Of a stretch of DNA of 64,000 bases, positions 23,270 through 33,028 are shown piece after piece. The notes under the pieces are model-generated. The model saw nothing but the letters and a program-made list of their open reading frames with translations, did not search any database and was not told the DNA's origin. Positions within the stretch are counted from its first letter, which is position 1, and each line of letters opens with the position of its first letter. Made by a program: the position numbers and the translations under genes. Source of the stretch: Neoechinorhynchus agilis (taxonomy: Eukaryota; Animalia; Acanthocephala). The stretch spans positions 6,802,864-6,866,863 of the forward strand of contig CM121342.1 in assembly GCA_051530055.1 (NCBI GenBank), in the 5' to 3' direction.

Positions 23270-25860
23270 AGTTTGGGGTTTTCCTCAGGTTCATTTCGGG
23301 TCTCCTAATCCGAGAAGATTGGGCAGAAATGAAAAATGAACGTAGGTACAGGGAGGAGGGAAGTTGAGGAATTTACCTATGCGAAAACGGAAATAAAATG
23401 TGGTAAAATTGTGTTGGAAGGGTTAATAGGCGTTTTGATTGTTTCTTCAAAATTTTATAAAGGCATTTGGTGAGCGGGGGAAAATGAATTTTGCAAATTT
23501 TAAAAGCTCTTCCCCATGAAATGTTTCAAGGCGACGGATTTGTGATTTTGATAGGTTGCAAAAGACCGGATAACCGTAGCCAAGCGAAGTGATGAGGGTG
23601 AGATCGTCGGCATTTAAGAAAAGTTTAGAACGAGAGGAGAGAGATGGTGACATCACAGCACCTTGATTTACCCGTTTGGTGAGGGATAGGCCGATAGCGG
23701 AGGTAGAACGGCAGTGAATGTAATGTTTGCGATTATGAAGATGGGATTCGAGCCAGCGGATCTGCCACAAGTTAAGACCAAATTCGGAGCAGGCCCGAAG
23801 GAGTGAATGGTCGACGGAGTCAAATGCTTTCCATTACGTGAAAGGGATTATTGTCGAGGCTTCGTAGTTGCGTGTCATAGATGCAACGTACGGCGCCGGT
23901 TGCAGAAAATTTAGGCCCGAAGCCGAATTGTGGAGGCGATAAATGGTCGTTGAGAAGTGGAAGAAGGCGAGATTTAAAACATTTTCGATGATTTTTGAAA
24001 GAGTGGCGAGTAGAATGGATGTTGGACGGAATGATTCGGTGGAAATTGGATGTGTTCTTTTGTAAGAGGGATATCTTAAGCAGTTTTCAGGCATGAGGGG
24101 GAGATGCCATATAAAAAGCGCTGGTTTATAATGAGGGTTAAAGGGTCTATGAGTTCAAGGATGATTTAGGGAAGAGCCCAGATTGGGATTACTAAGTGAG
24201 AGGACGAATTTCGAGGTAATTTCTTGAGATGCGGTAGTACTTCGTATGACGAAACTAAGGGGAGTACCGACGAGTTGACAAAAGTTTCAGATTTGGGCTT
24301 TTAAGATTTTGTGGGGCCTGATGTGGATCAGGGACTGTAAATTGAGCCCGGGCGGAGGTTTTGATTGATAGAGTCCAGAACCTGTTTTAATTCAGAAGTG
24401 GTCAAATTAGGGAAGGAATCAGCGTTGCTATTTGAAATAGCTGGGCCAAAGGGCTCACGGTTGTCTGCGCAGCCTGTGGCTGCCTGGCCGCCGGAGCTGC
24501 TTCTTTTACGTGGCCGACAAGAATCAGTAACATCAAGTCCGATCATCGAGGGTCCTTGACGGCACGCCACCATGTTAAATTGCAACCCGAACGAATTTCG
24601 GAGCTAGGAAAGTTTTTGCGGGCGATAAGTATTTTGTTAAAGCTATTTGTAAACGAGGAAAGTCTGGAGAGTTATTTCGATGGCCTTTAGAAGCTTGCTT
24701 TTGAAGAAGTTTCAAGATGGGGTTATCCATGGGAGTTAACGGTTGAAGATTCGAATGAATTTCTGGGAAATTGTCGAAGTTAGAGAATATTTTGTGATTG
24801 AAGTTAGGGAGGACATGGCCAAGAAAAAGTCATTTGTGTTGTCAGAGCGGAATGTGTAAATCATAGAATTGAACAATTTTATAAAATTGTGGATGTGATG
24901 ATCACGTTTATCATAGACGGGTAAACGGGGAAATTTTATACGCTGAAGATGGGTGGCGGGAGTAATAAGGGCAGAAAAGTGGTCAGAGTTCGCAAGGGAA
25001 GGAATTTAGTCGGATTAGCAGGCATCGATATTGTAGAAGACTTTGTCGAGGTGAACATCAAGACGAGTTGGGAAGTCAATAAGTTGACGCAACTCGGAGA
25101 AGGGCGAAAGAGGAAATAGTTTATTGAATTCCCCTGCAATTAAGAAATGGTGTGAGTTTGTGAGCTCCATCATAGAATCAAGTTGGAGAAAAGAGGACTC
25201 AGGGCGAGAGGCAGCAGGACGATAGACGCCAGCACTGGTGATTTCTCTAAGGGCATTTCTCAAATCTGTGTTTTGTAGAGAATCTATGCGAGATAAATAG
25301 TATGGTAGCGATTGCCGTACGTAAATTGAATCCCCCCTCTTGGACGGTCCTCGCAGTATGGAAGGAAGAGTACCCGTGAAGGATTGCTTAAGCCACGTTT
25401 CTGTTAAGACGACTACGTCGGCTTTTGTGCTAGATGAAATGAGTGAAATTTCATCCAGTTTAGGGGGAGGTTACGAGTATTGGAGTGGATTACGGTAGGG
25501 AGGGGAATTTTGGATTTCGCGCTGTTTGTCGCGGGTGATTGATTTATGGAGGAATCGTTACAAGTTGCAGATATAGAACGATTGATTATCCCAAAGAAAG
25601 AAGTCCGAAAGCGAATAAAAAATTTATATTGGGATGAGTGATTGGCAGTGATAGAAGAGAGTTTAGAGTTCAGACTGGGTTTGGATCAGATACAGCTGGA
25701 CGGGGAGGTTATGTGATAATTATTTACTTTATTCAGAGGATAAAGAGAGTGTCTAAAGTGGAAGGGATTCGAAACTGACCTTTATGGTTTATAGGGCGCC
25801 GAGGGAGTTCCACGTAGTCAAAGAAGTTGGAAAGTCGCTTATTCTTCGAGTGTTTCTTTC
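23270..25860 (-). mobile_element. Decayed CR1/L2-like LINE (APE endonuclease + RT)
   Basis: Minus-strand motifs: NTRNLPPKLDEI..VVVLTETWL, GVYRP, IAGEFN, QLIDFPTR..LDKVF (APE); FRPTSILLATLSKIIE, QGAVMSP, ADDLTL (RT). Many stops. Confidence 0.75.
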
Positions 25861-25864
25861 AGAT

Positions 25865-28120
25865 TAAGAACTTGCGTCACTGCTCTGTTTCAGAGCTTGC
25901 TGAAGCCATTTCAACTGTCCAAGAAAAACTTCGTAGATTTGTTTTACCAGATAGCGCTTGGTAGACCGGACGCATCAGACGGGCTGCCGAAGGGATGAAA
26001 TGATGATAATAATTTACCATGCCTACAAATCCTTGCAAAGCTTCGGTGGATGTTGGAGGAGGGAAACCGCGAATCGCGCTTACTTTATCTGGCAATTGTA
26101 CTGCACCTCGTCCACTCACCCGGTGTCCTAGGAAATCGATCTGTTCTACCCCGAACTCACAATAATCTGGGTTCAGAACGAGGCCGTACTCTGAGAGTCG
26201 ATCGTCGATTTGAACTCGCGATCAGTATATCATCTAAGTAGACGAAAGCAAAACGTTTCATTGTAAGATTCGTTTAAAGATGAGCGCAAGGAACACATAG
26301 AAATTAAAGATGTAATATTTTACTCCACTGATTTAATTGCATTCTTTAAAAATATTAAATAATCACTACGTTGCTTATATCATTTCTCTGGCCCGAGTCT
26401 AATGCATTGAAACAATGAAGATTATCAAATCTGTTTCAAGATTTAGTTGCTCAAATTGGTGTTTTTCTCGTGGCGACATTAAAATGATTTTATTTTAAAA
26501 TCCGACATTTCGGCACAATATTGTGCCTTCATCAAGATTGTTTCGGAAATGCTCAAGCAAAACAACAAACTTGCGAAACGACCCTGATAAATACACAAGA
26601 TTTTGCCGAAATATCCGATTTTAAAATAAAATCATCCTAATTTTTCCGCTAGGAAATGTTCAAACCTAAAAACTTTTCTTGCAAAGGCTTAAACATTGCA
26701 TGAGAATTTAATCAAAGAAAAAAACCGGATCCATTAACCGCTGGAATGTTTGTGCAGCATTTATCAACCCGAAAGGCATACGAACAAATTCAAAAAGGCT
26801 AAAAGGTGTAATAATCGCAGTTTTCGTTATGTCTTGTTCCGCCACCCGAATTTGATGATTCCCTCGGACGAGGTCTATTTTCGAGAAAATTGTTGTTCCC
26901 GCGAGTTTAGCTGAAAAATCTTGTATTCGAGGAATCGGATATCTGTCGGACGTTGTGATATCATTTAGCCTGCGGTAATCGCCACAAAGACGCCATCCAC
27001 GGCCTGATTTGGGTACGAGATGCAACGGAGACGACCACTGGCTATTTGAGCGTCTAATGATTCCAAGATCCTCCATATTTTTGAATTCGGATTTAGTAAT
27101 AGCGAATTTATCGAATGGGAGGCCTCGCGGTCTAGCATGGAGTGGTTGTCCTTGTGTCTCAATAATGTGCTCCACTGCATGTTTGGTCGAAACGTCCGAA
27201 AAGGTAGGTCTCGTTATATCGAGGAAATCTGCTGGAATTTTACTAAATTCGTCGTTCTTCGATCCGAGGAAATCGACGCCGAGGACTTCGATCGATACAC
27301 GAATGGAGGCTAATGGTATCGTTGCGAAAGTTTCTGCACTAACCAACTGCTTATTCCTTACGTCGACCAGCAAACCTGAGTGTCGAAGGAAATCAGCGCC
27401 TAGGATTGGGTGTTTAACCGCGGCAAGAGTGAGCATCCATTCCGTCTGATTTTTACCGAAATTCAACTGCAGTAGCTTGTTGCCGAATCTTGGGATTGTT
27501 GAACCGTTCGCAGCTGTAAGTGCTCTTCCAGAATCGAGTGTTGTGGCTGGAAGGACGCTGACTTCGGCACCAGTATCGACTAGGAACCGTAGTCCAGTTT
27601 GGCGTTCGTTTAGGAAAAAGAGGCTATTGACAGAGAGACCAATCATCATTGCCTCTACTAATGATCGATCAATTCGTTTTTTGGGTTGGCTTTCAATTTG
27701 AAATCCGCCGATCGCTTAAAAGGTGATCTACATTTCCTTGCCCTATCTCCAAATTTACGGTGGTAATAGCATAAATCTGATACTGTTACTGGGATTTGCT
27801 TGGTCGCAATCTTTTTTTTAATTGACGACGCTAAAGGTTGCCTTGATTGCTAAATGTTGTCGGCAGCGCGTGCAAGCTCACGAGGTTCGGTTAATTTTGA
27901 ATGAACTAGAATAGATCGGATCTCCCCAGGCATGCGTTCACGAAATATTTCGCGGAATAAGAAGCATGGTGGGTTGCTTTCGAGGTACGCTAGCATCTCA
28001 TCCATTAACGCCGAAGGTTTTCGTCTCCAAGCTCCCTTATGTGAAGGATTCGATTTGTCCTCTCAGTCTATGACAAAATATACGTTTCCAGCAAGCGCTC
28101 TTTGAGCTGGGCGTGAGCGA
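25865..28120 (-). mobile_element. Decayed Ty3/Gypsy element (second lineage, CsRn1-like gag/PR/RT), interrupted by a ~470-bp host-derived insert
   Basis: Gag (LKERLLETY, PSALMDEML), PR (FLVDTGAEVS), RT (SPLHLVPK..WRLCGDYRRLN..FSKIDL..TFQRLMD). The RT resumes after the insert with AFVYLDDILIAS..FLGH..GMVNYY. Confidence 0.85.
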
Positions 28121-28177
28121 TTTTTGTGTGCAGGAAATTCACGGATTTTTGTATTGGCGCAAATAAACACTTTTTTC

Positions 28178-28770
28178 TCTTTTCCTCAACAGAAGAAATC
28201 CATCTTCATTATTCGGTAATGCTCATCTCATTACCCAATCAAGCACCAAGATGAAGAGGAAGGAGCCAATGTGTCGCCCTGCAAAACACCTGAAATGGTG
28301 GAAAAGTATTCTGTCAAATCGTCAGCTGTCTTGACGGCGGACCTTGTGTTTTTATATAATGCCATAACGGATGTGACAATGATTGGCGACACTCCATACT
28401 CCTTTAAGATACCGCCAATCATCGTTCGATTTACCGAATCGAAAGCTCGACGGAGATCAACAAATACCAGCGTCACATTCGTTTGATGAATTCGTGCCTC
28501 CTCGAGGATCCCCCTCAAAGCCAATATGTGCTCTGTGGTGCCTCGACCTTTCCTGAAGCCGTTCTGTTCAATTCTTAGAAACGGTTCGAGGATTGGCTGA
28601 ATTCGGCGTCTCAAAATGCTGCTGAAAAGTTTTGCCGTGTTGGACATCAAGGATATACCTCTGTAGTCCTCCACCTTTGTCGAGTAGCATTTCTTGGGGA
28701 TCATTGTTAAATGCGCCGTTTGCCAAATTTGAGGTATTGAACCACCATTCATTATCAAAAAAATCATACC
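28178..28770 (-). mobile_element. RTE-like LINE reverse-transcriptase fragment
   Basis: YRGISLMSNTAKLF, EQNGFRKGRGT, FVDLRRAFDSV, GVLQGDTLAP, then LFILVLDWVMR in a shifted frame. Confidence 0.8.
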
Positions 28771-29824
28771 GATTTTGAAATGCTGTTGTGGGAATCATAT
28801 AAGCATCAATTGCCCTAATCGGGAATTCGCTTCCGTCAAACCTAACGTTCAAACATTGATCGATTTGTGGTAATTCAGAATAATAAGATCCATTATAAGA
28901 AGAATTCGTTTGTTGTATACTTGACGAATACTGACAGTCGGGATTTGATGGCACGTATCTTTGATCGAGTTGCGGAAACACTCCGTAGCTGGAATAAGAT
29001 CGGGAACTTTTAAAATCCTTGGCTCGTGCAGTATTTCGTTGACGTTTTTGTTTTCTTTGATCGAGCGTATCTTTGTCCTTGCATTTAAATTTACTATAAC
29101 TTTCAATATTTAACTGCTCACGGCCAGACAATCTACCAGAAAATCGGTCCAGTGAGGCGTATCTGTAATTCTCCGACTCCTGAATTTGATATCTTCGTTT
29201 TTGAGCCTTTCGCGCTGTTTTGATTGGCTTTGTGTTGTTTCTTGAACTCAAAAGTAATGGAATTGCTAACTCAAACTTTTCCCGAATTTCATGCACTCGT
29301 GAACCAGAAAGTTGAACGAATTCATTACCGTGCAGCGTCATTTTAACATCCGAGTGTTTGAATTTTATTTCAGCCGTTCTTCGTATTTCTGGCTCAAAGT
29401 CAACATATTCTATTGTCTCATTTATATTTGGGATCCTTTTTTCGTTAAAGTTCTCAACAACAGCTTCTAATTTTATACAAAAATCTAAATTTGTTTTCAT
29501 TTGTACACATGTGAGCGAGTAATCGTGAAGAGGACCCGATTTACATTGTGACATTTGAATTAGAGATTCTACATGATGAGCAAAGTCCTCAACATCACTT
29601 TCCGAACCCTTCTGTACATTAAGAATCACTTTGCCACTTGGAAATATACGAGCAGTTGCCCCGATGAGATTGCGTTCTTTATTGGTTATCGGCACTGTGT
29701 AGAGAATTGCGGGTCCACGTTGTATTTTTACGGACGGTATTGCACTTTTGATATCAACCAGGTTCAATTTGTTCATTTTAAATTTGGCACTGAAATTATA
29801 GACATGAAGGCCTTTGGTTGCCAT
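28568..29824 (-). CDS. Divergent TBP-fold protein copy T2, 418 aa, with a chimeric C-terminus read from the RTE fragment
   Basis: The first ~351 aa differ from T1 at 8 residues by eye. The last ~67 aa are encoded by 28568-28770, in a different frame of the RTE RT sequence. Confidence 0.75.
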   Translation of the reverse strand: MATKGLHVYNFSAKFKMNKLNLVDIKSAIPSVKIQRGPAILYTVPITNKERNLIGATARIFPSGKVILNVQKGSESDVEDFAHHVESLIQMSQCKSGPLHDYSLTCVQMKTNLDFCIKLEAVVENFNEKRIPNINETIEYVDFEPEIRRTAEIKFKHSDVKMTLHGNEFVQLSGSRVHEIREKFELAIPLLLSSRNNTKPIKTARKAQKRRYQIQESENYRYASLDRFSGRLSGREQLNIESYSKFKCKDKDTLDQRKQKRQRNTARAKDFKSSRSYSSYGVFPQLDQRYVPSNPDCQYSSSIQQTNSSYNGSYYSELPQIDQCLNVRFDGSEFPIRAIDAYMIPTTAFQNRYDFFDNEWWFNTSNLANGAFNNDPQEMLLDKGGGLQRYILDVQHGKTFQQHFETPNSANPRTVSKN

Positions 29825-30627
29825 TTTGTTCTAAAAGTAATTTAAAAATCTATTAATTATATTTTATAGAATGTCGTGTTTTATTTTATAAGAAATAGGT
29901 ATAAAAATTTGTTTCTTTAATAAATTCCATCTTTATATTGGCAAAGAATAATGTACCATTTAAAAAAGGATTGCTCTACAGAAATAGCTTCATCTATATC
30001 ATCTAAGGAAAATTCGGAATACTTCTTGAAAATATATAAGGTGAGAAAAACTTGCGCAAAAGGAGCTTAGCTTATCAAAAATACATTTTCGGCACACATT
30101 ATAATTAATCGTTCTATGAAACCCCTAATTTTTTTTAATTGGTCAAATTTCTGAGATTTCAGCCAATAAGCGAATAAGAAACACGGTAAGAGGTAAGCAT
30201 ATTTTAGACTCATAAATGTTTAATTGCGTAGTGTTTGTAACCAAAATAATTTTATATGGACTTTCGATCATGCGATTTTAGGCATAGTTCCTTTCTATAA
30301 ATAATCTCGATCATAACTTTTTGCGGAATGAAAATTTTAGTGATTTGGTTCAAAAATGTGGAAAAAAGTGTTTATTTGCGACAATACAAAAATCCGTGAA
30401 TTTCCTGCACGCAAAAAACGTTCACAATATCAGATCAAAACTTTAAGAATTTCTTTACTTTCAAAGAATAAATTGAAGCCTTTTTTCAAAGGTTTTAACA
30501 ATGTTTTCAACAAACAATTCACACGTTTAAGATATCCCAATTAAATAAATAAATTCGTGATTTCGCCTCATTGTGCGCAGTATTTTTTCGAGCTGTCGAT
30601 GCATAAAAGGGTCTCAATAACAGAATA

Positions 30628-30872
30628 CCTACAATTGCTAACGAGCGTTACTAAGAACTTCAAACCAATTCTCCGATCCTTCACGTAAATATCCATTAAG
30701 TCAATATTCAAAATGGTAAACGATGCAATAAATCTTGGGATTATTGAAGTTCTTTAATATATTCTCGCTCAAGTGGACAACTAACTTTAGAATGCAGGGC
30801 GAGAAAGGCAAAAACTGAACTAATTGATCCAACAGAACCCATAATTTTTGATGGCAGCGACAGTGAATTGGT
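30628..30872 (+). pseudogene. Eroded 5' fragment of the GATA-like gene (G4), head-to-head with T2
   Basis: ACAATTGCTAACGAGC...GGATTATTGAAGTTCTT...CTCGCTCAAGTGGACAAC...GACAGTGAA matches the G1 5' region, with stops. Confidence 0.7.
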
Positions 30873-31039
30873 TGCAATCATTCTGAAATTGACGCTGTTG
30901 GCCAGCAATATCTGTTTCGTCTTTTGGATTACTACTTTATATGCACTTCTCGCAAAGCCAAAGTACGTAATAATCATACAATTCAGAAATTTATCTTATT
31001 CCACGGTCTGGTCTAGTCGAGCTCACCAATTCAGCGGCG

Positions 31040-31335
31040 ACACGTGATCAAGACGAAGTATTTTTATTGTTGTACTCTACAATGGTCAAATATGCGTTGT
31101 CCTTCGTTCTGTTCGCCGGCACAAACTTCCTACGGTTGCACTTCTGGCACCCGAAAGAGGTCGTTCCGCAACGGCAGCGATGGGATGTACACATCGGTAC
31201 CCAAGTCTGAGTGGTCACTGCAATCCTTACTGTCTCGTCGGAGTGTACCCACAGAAGCGATTGGGATAGCGTTGAGCCAAGCACCCGATTCTTCCATAGA
31301 GACTGTGGCCAGGTGAGTTCGATCCACCACGTCAC
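31040..31335 (-). mobile_element. CRE-like non-LTR fragment
   Basis: LATVSMEESGAWLNAIPIASVGTL, matching the motif AWLEALPIASMGTL at 56631-57206. Confidence 0.65.
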
Positions 31336-31393
31336 GAGAATCTGAAATAAAAGAGTTATGAACTTTCGTAACTAGGAGTGAACCTCAAAACCC

Positions 31394-31593
31394 TTAAGTA
31401 TTCAAGAATGTCCGTTGGCTGCCACTTTTGGGTGTTCCTTAAGATTAAAACGCGTTCCCAGTTATTTACTAGAGTTCAAATTTGACCGTTAAGTATTCAA
31501 GAATGTCCGTTGGCTGCCACTTTTGGGTGTTCCTTAAGATTAAAACGCGTTCCCATTTATTTACTAGAGTTCAAATTTGACCGTTAAGTATTC
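31394..31593. repeat. 95-bp tandem duplication (2.1 units)
   Basis: Units start at 31394, 31489 and 31584 (TTAAGTATTC). One mismatch between the two full units. Confidence 0.95.
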
Positions 31594-31963
31594 GGGAGTG
31601 CCAGTAAAAGTTACGTTTTTTTAATTTAGATCAACATAAAAGAACAAGCATAAAGTATTTGTGTGCATTTGCATGTTTTGAGCGTGTTCGTGAGTGTTCG
31701 TTTGGATTAAAACGCGTTTGTGTATTCATGAGCGCCTCGATTTTCCAAGTTCAGCACAAATCTAAGCAGAAACCAAGTTGTTCTAAGATGCATTGGCACA
31801 TTGATGAAAGTTATTCGTTCTATCAATGATAGCGACGTTCATTTTGCGCTGGAAATGCAATTAGTAGCTTTTTGTTTGTGGAATACGTTTTGTGGATATC
31901 TAAAATCAATTCACCACGAAGCAAGAACGTATTTTTTGCTGTTTGCTTAGTCTCACAGACAGA

Positions 31964-32969
31964 TCACTCCTTTTTAGTTGCTATCGTTAGCTGATTGACC
32001 GGAAGCTTAAAAACAAAGATCGTGATTAGTTTGTGAATTGAAATCTCAAACCTTTTTGATCCGTGCAGTCAAATCAGTAATAGTTTTGCTTGCTTCTTCT
32101 TTGCTCATATTACTTAAGGTTTTCCCTTCGGCAGATAATTTCTTTAAGTAATCTTGAATGCCTGCATCCGATGCCATTTTGATATCCAAAATCTGTTTAG
32201 AACGTTAGAAAATAAGCTCGGAACGGAAACTAACCCTTCCTTCAACGTCAGACTTCAATTCCTTCAAATCCTCTATCGATTCTTCATCGACTATTTTAGC
32301 GATTTGAGCATCTAAACAAGTGACGCACAAAGTCAAAGCTTCAATGGCATCCGCGTGTTTCTCCAGGTTGTCCAATGTGATTCCAAGGAAATAATAGCTT
32401 TCGGCTCGAAGTCTGTTTACATCCTCAGCTTGACATTGAGATAAAATTTGCACACTTTCCCTACAACAGGCTACGGCGTCTTCGAATGCGTCCAGCTCTT
32501 GAAGAATTTCAGATTTTCTGAGAAGACAATCAGACTTTGCAATTTCAACTTCAATTACATCATTATGACACTTGACCATTTTGGATGCTGCGTCGCATAT
32601 TTTTAAACATAGTTCGTAGATGGTGAGTGCCAGTTTTAAATTCGATTCCTCATCGTCTTCTTCGTCTATGTCATCGTCTTCTTCCTGTTGTTTCTCGTCC
32701 TGAAGTTCCGTTTCGCCATTCCGAGCCTCAGTGGGTAAAGATTTGAGGACTTCGTTTTCCTTTCGACCCAAAGCTAACAGCGAACTCCCATAGAGCATTA
32801 GAGCTCTTAGGCAATTTGGACTAATTTCACCATGGATTTTGCATAGGATTTCACAGGCCTTTGCTAGTTCATTGCACGCAGATTCAAGCTCACATTCCTC
32901 GAGATACTTTTCACCTTTTGATAGACGCTCAGTAGCTTCAGTCATTAGATCGATATTGTCCGGATTCAT
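31964..32969 (-). CDS. NASP: NASP/Sim3-family TPR histone chaperone; exons 32969-32235, 32192-32052, 32005-31964
   Basis: TPR helices with an acidic insertion (ACNELAKACEILCKIHGEISPNC..LYGSSLLAL; AESYYFLG). Two canonical GT-AG introns (32234-32193, 42 nt; 32051-32006, 46 nt) restore EGR-ILDIK and a C-terminal PVNQLTIATKKE. The last exon is less certain. Confidence 0.8.
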
Positions 32970-33028
32970 TTCTAAAAAATGAGAGAAAAACAAATGTGTC
33001 AGATGCGCTTTTAAAACACTCATTACGA

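Noticed and set aside
31394-31593. CRISPR or SL-RNA/5S array
   Set aside because: Only two contiguous 95-bp units with no spacers, and no recognisable Sm site or 5S motifs.
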